Positions 15,517-25,350 of a stretch of DNA of 64,000 nt are shown piece by piece. The stretch is from a virus (Duplodnaviria > Caudoviricetes), in IMG/VR virus record IMGVR_UViG_3300037067_012889, positions 192,001-256,000 of that record; one strand, 5' to 3'. The translations under genes and the position numbers were made by a program. The notes beneath the pieces were generated by a model, which worked only from the letters and a program-made list of their open reading frames with translations, did no database searches and had not been told where the DNA came from. Position 1 is the first letter of the stretch; each line of letters opens with the position of its first letter.

Positions 15517-18500
15517 TTAAGCAGTCTTTTGTGTCGCTTGTACTAGAGATAATTTACAGCATCCGGCGAGCATTGGTGTTTGTGATGTTGGGCGTTTGGT
15601 AATCTGACCCTCTTGGAAGAAGTCGATCCGCAATCCTTCCGATTCAGCGAATCCTTTCAACGATTGCAGCCATTTCTTATATACACCCTTTTCAATCGGC
15701 TGCCAAGAAGTATGTGTGTAGCCCTCCATAAAATTCCACGAGAATAATACGTATCCTGATTTCTTGGCAGCAGCGATGGCAAGATAACAAAGTTCCTGCC
15801 AATATTCTGTTCTCGATTCAACCATACCCATGGTTGCATCATAGCTAATGACACGTGGATTCTTCCATCGATTCCACAGCTTGTGAATGGTCAAGAATTC
15901 ACGATCAGAATGGGCACAAGCTCCTTTTGGTGCTTTATCGATTGCATCTTTATCAACATTGTGGTAAGTGTTTGGACCGAGTTCAACACCGGCGTCGACA
16001 AGATGCTTATGCTCATACCATTCTTTACCGCCAAGAGTCCAAAATTCACAATCAGAAAAAGAGGTAAGGCCGTAATATCTCAGAGCCTTGACTAGGAACT
16101 CACGATACTCATTACGGCCAGCATATTTACCGCGTTTAGCTTTCTTATATGATCCATGGATAAACCAATCAGGCCGTAGTGAACGAATCTGCTTATCAAA
16201 TTCAGGATCGTAACACCTACTATTCTTATTAGTGTAATCACTAAGCCTGCTTGCGTAACGCGCTTCGTCAGCGTCATCGCAATGCTGCTTAGGTTTGCAT
16301 TCATCTTTACCCGCCAACCGCAGCAATATGCTCTTCATAACCATTGCTGTGTCCTCGAACCAATCGGGACGTAGTGAGCGAATCTGCTTATCAAATTCAG
16401 GATCGTAACAACAACTATTCTTATTAGTATATCTAAATATTGCCCTGCCAAATTTATTACTTGGTTTTGGCTCCCATCTATTAGCTAGTCTCAACAATTC
16501 AGCCTTCCTAATCCTTGCTGTGTTCTCAAACCAGTCAGGACGTAGAGAACGAATCTGCTTATCAAATTCAGGATCATAAGATCCGCTGTTCTTGTTGATA
16601 TAGGCACTCAATTTGCCAGCAAGCAATCTTTCCTCACGATTTATTGAACTGCCCTTTGGTCTCCGTTCTTCTTTTCTCCTTGCCAATCCTAACAGTTTGA
16701 TTTTAGTGGCTGCTGCTGTATCCTCAAACCAATCTGGACGCAAGGCACGAATTTGCCTGTCGAATTTATAATCATAACTCGTAGACTTATTAGTATAGCT
16801 ATACAAAACCCGGCCTAATTGTATTTCGTCGGCATCATCGCTTGTGGTTCGTGGCCTGGTAGCCCCTTTTTCAGCCAGCATAACAAGATGTTTTTTCTTT
16901 TCAACAGAAGTTCTTTCAAACCAATCTGGCCGCAACTGTCGAATCTTACCATCGAAGACCGAATCATAATTACAAACATTTGCTTTACAGGTGTAACCTT
17001 GTAACGCAGAAGAAAGCTTAGAATCGGTAGTACGTGTTGGTCTTGGTGCCCCGCTAGCAGCAAGAGATAATAACACTTCCTTCTTTTCGGCTACCACATT
17101 AAACCAGTCTGGCCGCAGTTGGTGGATTTCAATATCAAAAGCATGATCATAAGTTCCGCGATTTTTATTCAAGTAGCAGTTTAATGCTGCTGATAACTGT
17201 CTCTCTCGTAAATTTTTAGAGTTACCACGCGGCCTTCTTTGGCCATGTTTTGCAAGCGCCAACAATTCTGATTTCTTTTGGGCTGTTTTTTCAAACCAAT
17301 CTGGTCGCAGAGTTCTGATAGATCGATCAAAAGCAGAATCATAGCATGAACTCCTCTTGCTTGTATAGCTTGATAATGATCGACCCAAGCGCCTATTATT
17401 TTCATCTTTAGTGTGCATCGTCGGTCGTTTTGAGTTTGGTACTCTCGCTAACGCTATTAAATCGTCTTTGTTCTTTTGAACCGAGTCTTCAAACCAATCT
17501 GATCTAAGTCTTCGTATTTCAGTATCGAAAATCACATCATAATTCTTTTTCTTATTAGTGTATTCGCCGAGCCTACCAGCAAGTCGTTTCTCTTCATGGT
17601 CTACAGCATCTCTATTTGGTCTTTTTCCTCCGCTCTTCGCTAGTTCTATCAACTTCCTTTTGTTCTCTCTCGCCGAATTCGCATTAAAGCGAATCAAGAT
17701 CCTTTCAATCTCGTCAAAATCATCTAGCCCGTTGATGATTCCAAAGTAATCGGTGATGCCGATTACTTTCAGTTTACTGATAGCTTCTTTGACCTCTGGA
17801 TCATTCATGAACTCTTTGAACGATAGCTTGCTAAGCCGTTGGTCGCGTTTGCGGATGATTTCTTCTAACGCTACACGATCGTTTTTGTCGATGACGTCAT
17901 ATTGCATCAACAAGCTTATAGCTAAAATTGGAGTTATGGCAACGCCGTGCTTGGCACATTGCTTACAGAGCATTTCAATCAACTCATTAGCAGACGCACC
18001 GGCGGCGGACTCTTGCAGAATTCGCTGTAAAATTTCGTTGTTCTGCAGCGAATTAATTTGCAACCTGAATTCGTCTCTTTCCTTATTTATTGCAACTCGA
18101 CGACGCTGCGGCAAAGTCAACATAAATGTATCGGTGAAGTCAAGGCCGCTACAGATCGCCTTAATCCTGATTGCGATTTGCAGGTTGGCATTCTTGACCA
18201 CATCCTGGTCTTCATCATCGAGGCTTACCTCAAAGATAACGACTCTTGAAAGATTTGGCGACAGATGCTTCGGGTTCTTCTTGTGGCGTAACGCACGCCC
18301 AACACACCGTTGGATAAATCGTTGCAGAGAACTGGTGAGACGCGGATTAAATGTTTGAGCACATTCAACCCAGTCCATACCTTCGTCAAATAACTTGATA
18401 GCTATGACAACATCATAATCTCTCGGAGAATCTATAATAGCATCAAGCTTAGCTTTGCGCAGATGCTTGTGGTTTGAAATAAGTGTCTTACCGTCATCAG

Positions 18501-19461
18501 ACCCAAAGTTGAGAATCCGAACACCTTTACATTTACTGAGCAGGAGCTTCTGCAAGTCGAGTGCTTGCTTGGCACCATCAACGTACATGATAGTCGGCAA
18601 AGGATGTTTTTTGTATTCATCGATATATGCCTTCAATAATTCGGGATAATCCATGGCCCCCATGAGGCTCGGTTTATTTGATATATCTTCAGTCTCAGCG
18701 AGACGGTCGAAGTCAGATTGATTAACAGCACGATAGAATCGAAGGAATACTCCGAAGTCGGGGCAACATCCATCATGATAATGCTCCTTCAAAAGCCGTC
18801 GAAATCGGCTAAACTCCTCAGATGTTGGCTGGCCACCATCGCTACGAAAGTCTGTGGCTGTGAATGCGTGAACTTCGGAGCATCTATCAATACATTTCCT
18901 CAGGATTGAACCTAATAGATTCTCGTCCTTCATATCGCTGTGATGAACTTCGTCGACGAGCAAAACCACATCTGACATATCGATGGTTTCATCATCCAAA
19001 GCCAAATCAAATGCCTTATAACTAGAAACGCGAACCGTGCCACCTGGACCATTCAGAAATCGTTTCATCGACGCAGATTTCTGTATCTGGCTCTCTTTAA
19101 CACTTTCATACGACAAGGTATATGTATTTATTATCTTATTCTTGTCTTTTTCAACAGCACACCAATCGCCATCCTTGGTATATTTAGTGAAATTGTGATT
19201 GATTCCCAGTTGCGGTGTGATGACGATAACTTTCTTATGCCGTCTGACAAAAGCAGCATAAGCAAGCATCACGTTGGTTTTGCCGCTGCCGGTTGGAGAT
19301 TCAACCAGCGTAAGACGATTCTGCTTCATATGGCCGATCATGCCACATTGATATCGCCGCAGAATTATAGGTGATTGTCCCATCTTCTCAGCGAGAACGA
19401 TGGATTTGGGTGCTACTTTACCAGCAAGGACGCCGTTTCGAATAGTAATAGTTGAATTCAT
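15517..19461 (-). CDS. SF2 (DEAD/ResIII-like) helicase with 8 LRPDWF repeats and a C-terminal domain
   Basis: Walker A SPTGSGKT, DEVH, TAT, FDEGMD, QRCVGRALR; 8 repeats of ~60-65 aa. Confidence 0.88.
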   Translation of the reverse strand: MNSTITIRNGVLAGKVAPKSIVLAEKMGQSPIILRRYQCGMIGHMKQNRLTLVESPTGSGKTNVMLAYAAFVRRHKKVIVITPQLGINHNFTKYTKDGDWCAVEKDKNKIINTYTLSYESVKESQIQKSASMKRFLNGPGGTVRVSSYKAFDLALDDETIDMSDVVLLVDEVHHSDMKDENLLGSILRKCIDRCSEVHAFTATDFRSDGGQPTSEEFSRFRRLLKEHYHDGCCPDFGVFLRFYRAVNQSDFDRLAETEDISNKPSLMGAMDYPELLKAYIDEYKKHPLPTIMYVDGAKQALDLQKLLLSKCKGVRILNFGSDDGKTLISNHKHLRKAKLDAIIDSPRDYDVVIAIKLFDEGMDWVECAQTFNPRLTSSLQRFIQRCVGRALRHKKNPKHLSPNLSRVVIFEVSLDDEDQDVVKNANLQIAIRIKAICSGLDFTDTFMLTLPQRRRVAINKERDEFRLQINSLQNNEILQRILQESAAGASANELIEMLCKQCAKHGVAITPILAISLLMQYDVIDKNDRVALEEIIRKRDQRLSKLSFKEFMNDPEVKEAISKLKVIGITDYFGIINGLDDFDEIERILIRFNANSARENKRKLIELAKSGGKRPNRDAVDHEEKRLAGRLGEYTNKKKNYDVIFDTEIRRLRSDWFEDSVQKNKDDLIALARVPNSKRPTMHTKDENNRRLGRSLSSYTSKRSSCYDSAFDRSIRTLRPDWFEKTAQKKSELLALAKHGQRRPRGNSKNLRERQLSAALNCYLNKNRGTYDHAFDIEIHQLRPDWFNVVAEKKEVLLSLAASGAPRPTRTTDSKLSSALQGYTCKANVCNYDSVFDGKIRQLRPDWFERTSVEKKKHLVMLAEKGATRPRTTSDDADEIQLGRVLYSYTNKSTSYDYKFDRQIRALRPDWFEDTAAATKIKLLGLARRKEERRPKGSSINREERLLAGKLSAYINKNSGSYDPEFDKQIRSLRPDWFENTARIRKAELLRLANRWEPKPSNKFGRAIFRYTNKNSCCYDPEFDKQIRSLRPDWFEDTAMVMKSILLRLAGKDECKPKQHCDDADEARYASRLSDYTNKNSRCYDPEFDKQIRSLRPDWFIHGSYKKAKRGKYAGRNEYREFLVKALRYYGLTSFSDCEFWTLGGKEWYEHKHLVDAGVELGPNTYHNVDKDAIDKAPKGACAHSDREFLTIHKLWNRWKNPRVISYDATMGMVESRTEYWQELCYLAIAAAKKSGYVLFSWNFMEGYTHTSWQPIEKGVYKKWLQSLKGFAESEGLRIDFFQEGQITKRPTSQTPMLAGCCKLSLVQATQKTA

Positions 19462-19466
19462 AGTTT

Positions 19467-19495
19467 GTTATAGCACGAAAACAGGGAATTATTAA
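19467..19495 (-). promoter_or_regulatory. phage promoter, probably giving a leaderless helicase mRNA
   Basis: TTAATA-N17-TATAAC ending 5 nt before ATG 19461. Confidence 0.65.
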
Positions 19496-19510
19496 CTCAG
19501 ATATTCTAGT

Positions 19511-21001
19511 TCAGTCATTCTTAAACCAATCTGGACGCAGAGCACGAATCTTCGCATCAAAATCTGCGTCGTACGTTTTGCAGCTTTTGTTTGTGTATCT
19601 GCGCAACGTATAATATAAAGCATGCATTGCGGTCGGTTTCGCTTCTCCGTTTTTAGCTATCTCTAGAAGACTTTGTTTCTTTATAATTGTATTATCAAAC
19701 CAATCAGGCCGCAGCTTAGATATCTCCGCATGAAATTCCGGGTCATAACAATTACGGCCTGATTTCTTGCAAGTGTATCTAGTAAGTGCTGCACCCAATT
19801 TATCAGTCGGTCTTATGGCTCCGCTTTTGGCTAATTTTGTCAGCTTTCGTTTGGTTTGGCGTATCGTCCCACATGCTACCCTAAACCAATCGGGGCGAAG
19901 GTTATATATTTCTGCAACAAACTCAGAGTCACTGTGGGTTTTTAAATCTTCAGCTAAACGCCCAGCCAAACTCCGCATATGTGGGTCTTTTGACCTGACA
20001 TGTGGCCTGTCTTTCCCATTTTTAGCCATTTCTAGCAATTCTGATCTTCTAACTTCAGGCAGCAGGCTTTTTGGAAACCAATCTGGACGTAGCTCTTTTA
20101 TTGCTGCAGAAAATTCTGGGTCAAAATAATAGCCTTTGTGGATGAAGTTGTTTAACCATCTTGAAAGTGAAAATTCGCCTTCAAATCTTTCACTCCTGTT
20201 CTTACATAGCTCACGCGGCCTATCGGCACCATCAGTAGCAAGCTTTAGTAATTGCTGCTTGTAAATGTTGATACGATCAAACCACCCTGGACGCATTTCG
20301 CGAATCTTAGCGTTGAATTCTGGATCGAAAACGCCGCTATTTTCATTAGTATATCTCTGCAATGCCGCCCCCAATGCAATCTTGCAGTTCGGCTTCTCTT
20401 CTTGCTCTAGTTGTGCTAATTCAAACAACAATCGCTTATTTCTGTCTGATCGATGCTCCAGCCAATCGGGATGTAAAGCACGCATTTGGGCATCAAACTC
20501 AGCATCATAATCATTACTATTTTTATTAGTATAGTTATATAGAGCGGATGCCAATCTCAATTCATCGGACGCATTTTTGCTGGATGAAGGACGTCTCGAC
20601 ATCGATAACAACGTGCTTTTGATTTCCTCTCCCGAAGTTTTAGGTTTGGTAGGAAACCAGTCTGGTCTCAAAGCACGAATTTCATCATCGAATTCAAGTT
20701 GGCAATATCTGCTGCTGCGGTTTGAAGTATATCTTCCCAACGCCTGGCCAAGTCTTGTCTTCTTTGTTGGTTTAGGTGCTCCACTTTTAGCTATTTGTAT
20801 CAACAATCTAGTATTTTCCGCGACAGAATCATAGAACCAGTCGGGTTGCAATCTACGAATCTCTGCGTCAAATTCAGCATCATAAGACAAACCAGGAGTA
20901 GTATATCTTCGCAATGCCGCCGCAAGCTCATACTCCTCAGATCCTCTTCTTGAGAGAGTAAGACGAGGCTTTCTGACCGGCAGATATTCAGATTCAGCCA
21001 T
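19511..21001 (-). CDS. protein composed of 8 LRPDWF repeats
   Basis: 8 copies of K..LL..A..G..RP....L...L..YT......YD.EF...IR.LRPDWF. Confidence 0.85.
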   Translation of the reverse strand: MAESEYLPVRKPRLTLSRRGSEEYELAAALRRYTTPGLSYDAEFDAEIRRLQPDWFYDSVAENTRLLIQIAKSGAPKPTKKTRLGQALGRYTSNRSSRYCQLEFDDEIRALRPDWFPTKPKTSGEEIKSTLLSMSRRPSSSKNASDELRLASALYNYTNKNSNDYDAEFDAQMRALHPDWLEHRSDRNKRLLFELAQLEQEEKPNCKIALGAALQRYTNENSGVFDPEFNAKIREMRPGWFDRINIYKQQLLKLATDGADRPRELCKNRSERFEGEFSLSRWLNNFIHKGYYFDPEFSAAIKELRPDWFPKSLLPEVRRSELLEMAKNGKDRPHVRSKDPHMRSLAGRLAEDLKTHSDSEFVAEIYNLRPDWFRVACGTIRQTKRKLTKLAKSGAIRPTDKLGAALTRYTCKKSGRNCYDPEFHAEISKLRPDWFDNTIIKKQSLLEIAKNGEAKPTAMHALYYTLRRYTNKSCKTYDADFDAKIRALRPDWFKND

Positions 21002-21654
21002 TAGTTAAACCAATCTGGGCGTAGTGCACGAATCTTCGCATCGAAATCTGCGTCATATGTCTTGCGTGATTTGTTCGTATAATTGATCAAAGCACGACCA
21101 AGACGCTGCTCTTCCATCGCAGCACCATAAATCTCCTCAGCATTAATTGCTTCTTCGAGACCATTTGTCCGTATTGGATTCTTTTGATACTTAAGCCACG
21201 CATTGCTATTTGGACGTGGCGCACCGCTTTCAGCCAACTTTAACAACTCTTCTTTGGTCATTGCGGTGCTTGGTAAAACTGCGGGCAATAACGCACCATC
21301 GGCATCAAACCAATCTGGACGAAGAGTACGAAGTTCTTTGTGAAAATCGGCATCGTAACTATTGGTACAACAATAGCGTTTCAATGCCAGCCCTATGCCT
21401 TCTTTCTTACTTGGCCTCTCAGCACCGCTTTCAGCCAGCTCTAGTAGCCGCCGCTTCTTTTGATCCGGTGTCTCTGGTCTTTCTGCCCCACTTTCGGCCA
21501 ATTCTAACAACCGCCGTTTGTTCTCGATATCGGGTTTGCTGGTTTCGATTGGCTCGACCGTGACCTTTAAGCCACTCTTTTCAAGCTTCCTGAGCAAATC
21601 CTTCTGATAGCTAAATAATTCGAACTTTTTCTCGGCCACGTTGATATCTCCCAT
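21001..21654 (-). CDS. LRPDWF-repeat protein (2 full repeats plus a duplicated half-repeat)
   Basis: KRRLLELAESGAERP occurs twice; start set at MGDIN because the track start lies inside the promoter palindrome. Confidence 0.75.
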   Translation of the reverse strand: MGDINVAEKKFELFSYQKDLLRKLEKSGLKVTVEPIETSKPDIENKRRLLELAESGAERPETPDQKKRRLLELAESGAERPSKKEGIGLALKRYCCTNSYDADFHKELRTLRPDWFDADGALLPAVLPSTAMTKEELLKLAESGAPRPNSNAWLKYQKNPIRTNGLEEAINAEEIYGAAMEEQRLGRALINYTNKSRKTYDADFDAKIRALRPDWFN

Positions 21655-21695
21655 ATAATAAATGCACCTGGAACGTTCCAGGTGCATTTATTATA
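21654..21695. repeat. perfect 42-bp palindrome
   Basis: tataataaatgcacctggaac|gttccaggtgcatttattata. Confidence 0.95.
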
Positions 21696-21718
21696 GCACA
21701 ACGCCATAAGTTTGTCAA
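21690..21718 (-). promoter_or_regulatory. consensus sigma70 promoter
   Basis: TTGACA-N17-TATAAT with extended TG. Confidence 0.8.
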
Positions 21719-21730
21719 TTGGTATCCAAT

Positions 21731-22111
21731 CTAATCCTTGTAGACCGCTGGCTTAACCATGCGATCATCCTTGACTACGGGCAGCTCGTTGGGGATGATA
21801 AAAATCCCCCTCGTACCATCCGGACGGCGTAGCTGCATGCCATGCCTACCGAGTAGGTCACCAACAGACCTAGTGAGGCCATGCGGGTCTCCTGGTGTGC
21901 TAGTTAGTCGCCATTTGGTATCAAGGCCAGAATCCTTTAACACCCTGGCAATCGTACAACTCTCAAATCTGTCTCCGGGCTTCCAGTTGAGTTCCTTAAT
22001 AGCTGCCGCCAAGCATTCAAGAACAATTCCCATGTTCTTTCTGCCGCCCTTTGCTACCGGTTGTTGAGCATGTCGAACGCCATCGAACTTAAAAGAAGTA
22101 CTCATCTTCAC
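21731..22111 (-). CDS. hypothetical protein
   Basis: 126 aa, GAGG RBS. Confidence 0.65.
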   Translation of the reverse strand: MKMSTSFKFDGVRHAQQPVAKGGRKNMGIVLECLAAAIKELNWKPGDRFESCTIARVLKDSGLDTKWRLTSTPGDPHGLTRSVGDLLGRHGMQLRRPDGTRGIFIIPNELPVVKDDRMVKPAVYKD

Positions 22112-22228
22112 ACCTCTTGTGATTAATTGCAGTGGGGAATCCCATTGCCTTCACAATTCAAATACATTCAGATATTCTATCACCTGCAAAGGGCCGCAAT
22201 CGCTATGCAAAAGATTGCAGTTGGTATT

Positions 22229-23029
22229 TCAATCGAGATTAATAACTCTCAATTCTTCAAACTGCATATCTGGATTAGCTTGCTTATGTAGATTAGTTCT
22301 ATATATCGTCAGCTTCTGGTTAGGATATACTACATCTTGACCAGGAAACTTTTCTATCCATTTAGCAGCCCATGATGTAGAGATATTCATCATTTTGTTT
22401 TGTGGTATTCTACCGATATATAACCAATAATTGGATGGTATAAACCAAGCTGCAGTATAATCGTATGACACTCCCTTATAATATTCTTCATTTGGTCCTA
22501 TTTCACCGAAATGAACGTATCCTCTTCCAGCCTGTTTTATGACTTTTTTCCCGTCAATTATCAAATCTGAACTTGCGACTGAGAGAATAAAGGTATCACC
22601 AAGTTGATCGATATAAGTCGTGAGACCACACCTAAAGAATTCTTCGCCTGGGCGTCCTTCTGATCCACATGCTAAACGTAAATTGTCTATTACCCACTGA
22701 GGATTGGCGATTCCTCTTTTAGCCATATGATCAAGTACCACAAACTGATAACCGCAATATTTTATACGACCAGCAATCTTACCAGTTGTGTCACAGAAAT
22801 CGAGTGGTGAGTGTTTACGTCCAGGCATATGTAATTGGACTATTTTAAGAAACGATTTAGATAATTGCGAGTTAAAATATGCTTGCAATATTTCACGTCC
22901 ATATTGTCTAGCCAACACCGTATCCATCTTGTTATATTTAAACATACCAGCATGCGATGGGCGTGCTTCCTCATTTGGACCAAATTTGCGATTAAATGAT
23001 CTAGTGTAATTATTGATTTGTATGTCCAC
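22229..23029 (-). CDS. hypothetical protein
   Basis: 266-aa ORF. Confidence 0.65.
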   Translation of the reverse strand: MDIQINNYTRSFNRKFGPNEEARPSHAGMFKYNKMDTVLARQYGREILQAYFNSQLSKSFLKIVQLHMPGRKHSPLDFCDTTGKIAGRIKYCGYQFVVLDHMAKRGIANPQWVIDNLRLACGSEGRPGEEFFRCGLTTYIDQLGDTFILSVASSDLIIDGKKVIKQAGRGYVHFGEIGPNEEYYKGVSYDYTAAWFIPSNYWLYIGRIPQNKMMNISTSWAAKWIEKFPGQDVVYPNQKLTIYRTNLHKQANPDMQFEELRVINLD

Positions 23030-23099
23030 TCACATAACCGCCTTAGGCAAAATGTTATATTGAAGTTGCTATTGAAATACCTAAAGGCACATATACAAC

Positions 23100-23123
23100 A
23101 TGAGCCGGGATTTCCCGGCTCAT
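23100..23123 (-). terminator. hairpin downstream of the TROVE gene
   Basis: atgagccggg-attt-cccggctcat. Confidence 0.6.
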
Positions 23124-23143
23124 ATGTTTAGTACCGACGACTA

Positions 23144-24535
23144 TTACTGGTTGCTCGATTCCATCGTCGCAACAAACTTCAAGAAGTGTTCAGACCAACC
23201 AGAGATTTCAGCAGTCCAAATACCCTTGTAATTGACACCGTGCGACTCCGAAGAGACATCGATGACATAGTTTCTCTTACCATGCGGCTTCGGTTGTCCT
23301 GAATTAGGATGATCGCAATCTTGCGAATCACTGAAAATCATCAATCGGTCCGGAGCTTCTTCCTCACCTCTGATGAAATTACAGACCTGTCTAGTAAAGA
23401 TGCCGCCACTACCAAGTTCGCTACTTGCATATAGGATCTTATCAGCTAACGCAAAACCACGAAGAGCTTCGATTTTCTTTGTTGCGTGTATGCGTCTGGT
23501 ATCGTCACCAGATGTAGCATAAATGGAAACATGATCGCAACACTCCGCCGCCAAAACTGCCATCGAAGCAGCCGCATCCATCCGAGTGAATTCAGATTTG
23601 CCTGATAACTTACTGGCCATAGAACCAGAAACGTCGATAACCAGAGTTGAAAAGCCATTCAATCGTGGCCACGTCTTCGCACACCGATACATCAGATCTT
23701 CGATTTCTCTGGTCCAATTAGACGCATACTTGCGAGCCTTTAGAAAATCGATCGGTAGCAGCATATCCACTTTACAGTTTGCGAAAGCTTGGGCCATCGC
23801 ATCGCGAGACACTCCCGCTTCCTGCATATTTCGTAGATTCTTTAGGAATGCATAGGCCGGAAGCTTTTTGCTCTCGATCAACCGTTCCCAAACCGCTCGC
23901 TTTTCATCGACGTCCTTTGCCGCCGACATACCGACTTCCCACGTGTCGGGAGTCTTAAGCTCATTGGCGATAAGCCGCTTATACAAATCGTGTCGATCAC
24001 CAGTCGGCTTCGCGTGACACAGGAATAAGACATCTCGCAACTTCACTTCCTTGTCCAGCTGGTTATACTTGGCCAGCTGATATTCGTCGAACTTATCAAA
24101 AGCCTTTGCCAAGCCTCTTTTCACAGCGGCCGGAAGTGATTTTTTGTCGTTGTTGTCGGCCCAGTACATAGCGACAAATTCTGCCATCTCGTCAGGACGA
24201 TTACATATCTTCGCTAATGTCTCGGCCACATCTGGCATGTGATTACGAACCATTTCGCGGACAATCATGAACGGCACATGCCGCAACTTTTGTTCGTATC
24301 GTGCTTCCACAGCCAGACTACCAGCATTTTGTACCTGTGGCACCAGTGCTTTGATTTGGTTTACGACCTCTTGACCGTCACAATAGGCATTCTTCTCCCA
24401 TAATAGACACGTCATCACAAGACGGCGTAAAGTCGCTTCTACATCCTGCTTTGCCGCATGCGGACCATAACCGCCAGCCAGTCTATTGTCATCGTAGACA
24501 TGCGACTTCTTCGTTTTCTTATTGGTGGTCGCCAT
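23144..24535 (-). CDS. rsr: TROVE-domain Ro60/Rsr RNA-binding protein with vWA domain
   Basis: FDEYQLAKY, KLRDVLFLCHAKP, TPDTWEV.MS, LKNLRNM, vWA VIDVSGSM and FSDSQ motifs. Confidence 0.93.
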   Translation of the reverse strand: MATTNKKTKKSHVYDDNRLAGGYGPHAAKQDVEATLRRLVMTCLLWEKNAYCDGQEVVNQIKALVPQVQNAGSLAVEARYEQKLRHVPFMIVREMVRNHMPDVAETLAKICNRPDEMAEFVAMYWADNNDKKSLPAAVKRGLAKAFDKFDEYQLAKYNQLDKEVKLRDVLFLCHAKPTGDRHDLYKRLIANELKTPDTWEVGMSAAKDVDEKRAVWERLIESKKLPAYAFLKNLRNMQEAGVSRDAMAQAFANCKVDMLLPIDFLKARKYASNWTREIEDLMYRCAKTWPRLNGFSTLVIDVSGSMASKLSGKSEFTRMDAAASMAVLAAECCDHVSIYATSGDDTRRIHATKKIEALRGFALADKILYASSELGSGGIFTRQVCNFIRGEEEAPDRLMIFSDSQDCDHPNSGQPKPHGKRNYVIDVSSESHGVNYKGIWTAEISGWSEHFLKFVATMESSNQ

Positions 24536-24554
24536 AGTAGCTCCTATTTTCTTA

Positions 24555-24755
24555 TCAAACCATCGGGACTATTGGCGATGGATCTGGCCAAAATGTCCCA
24601 TCTTCTAATTTGAACGCGACCCAAACAAAATGTTTGCAGTCACTGGTGTCATGATTCGATTTCAGACGACCACATATACAAAGCTCATCGACAGTCTTAC
24701 GATCGTCTTTGATACATTTGGCGCTTGGTGCCATGTTGCGCATATCTATCTCCAA
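24555..24755 (-). CDS. small Cys/His-rich hypothetical protein
   Basis: CICG..KSNH....CKHF. Confidence 0.5.
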   Translation of the reverse strand: MEIDMRNMAPSAKCIKDDRKTVDELCICGRLKSNHDTSDCKHFVWVAFKLEDGTFWPDPSPIVPMV

Positions 24756-24765
24756 CCATTAGAAG

Positions 24766-24902
24766 TTGCTGCGGGAACAAGCGAAGCAGGCTATAAAGCG
24801 CTCTACCAACTGAGCTACACCCGATTTCTCGGATAGTTGGATTCGAACCAACGACCTCTTCGATTTCAAGTCGAAGTAACCCACCTCTACGCCACGCAGC
24901 AA
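24766..24902 (-). ncRNA. Y RNA (YrlA-like) with permuted tRNA-like domain
   Basis: Terminal stem TTGCTGCG/CGCAGCAA; T arm GGTTCGAATCC precedes D arm TAGCTCAGTTGGTAGAGC; lies upstream of TROVE. Confidence 0.85.
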
Positions 24903-25055
24903 TTTGTGAACCGAACTCGACAGCATCCGTCACAGGAGACACTCTAGCATTATTAACTGGGGTCTCTGGTCGAAGTATCTGCACGAGATCGGTCCATTCG
25001 CATCAATCTTCAATTCTCGCAGTCTATCGGGAACTGCAATTAACATGTTTCAAAA

Positions 25056-25143
25056 TTGCCGCAGGAACAAGCGAAATGAGTTATGCCCTTTCGGGCGGTT
25101 CCGATTATAGTCGAAGTAACCCATCTCTTCCGCCATGCGGCAA
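25056..25143 (-). ncRNA. short Y RNA-like paralog lacking the tRNA domain
   Basis: Same terminal helix and CGCTTGTTCC motif; GCCC-GAAA-GGGC hairpin replaces the T, acceptor and D arms. Confidence 0.75.
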
Positions 25144-25209
25144 ATCGTAAGGGTATAATCCATCACAGTCGCAATGCCGTGAGTTCGTATACCCCTTTAT
25201 TATCAAAAA

Positions 25210-25345
25210 TGCTGCGGGAACAAGCGAAATAGGCTATTGTAAGCGCTCTACCAACTGAGCTACACCCGATTGCTCGGATGATTGGACTCGAACCAATGGC
25301 CTCTCGCTCCGATTGCGAAGTAACCCATCTCTACGCCACGCAGCA
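25210..25345 (-). ncRNA. Y RNA (YrlA-like) with permuted tRNA-like domain
   Basis: Paralog of 24766-24902 with compensatory changes; starts just after a -10 box. Confidence 0.85.
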
Positions 25346-25350
25346 GCTTC

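Noticed and set aside
21654-21695. Protelomerase (telRL) site
   Set aside because: No protelomerase in the window, the phage has a T4-like terminase, and the palindrome coincides with a promoter
22132-22146. Possible self-target of spacer 12314-12339 (tggggaatcccatt)
   Set aside because: Only a partial match to the repeat-distal part, with no seed match; no convincing self-target was found by eye, and the search was not exhaustive
24630-24984. ORFs overlapping the Y RNA
   Set aside because: They overlap a structured RNA conserved with compensatory changes
24766-25345. Canonical tRNA genes
   Set aside because: The T arm precedes the D arm, the acceptor stem is closed by a tetraloop and there is no free CCA end; treated as Y RNAs
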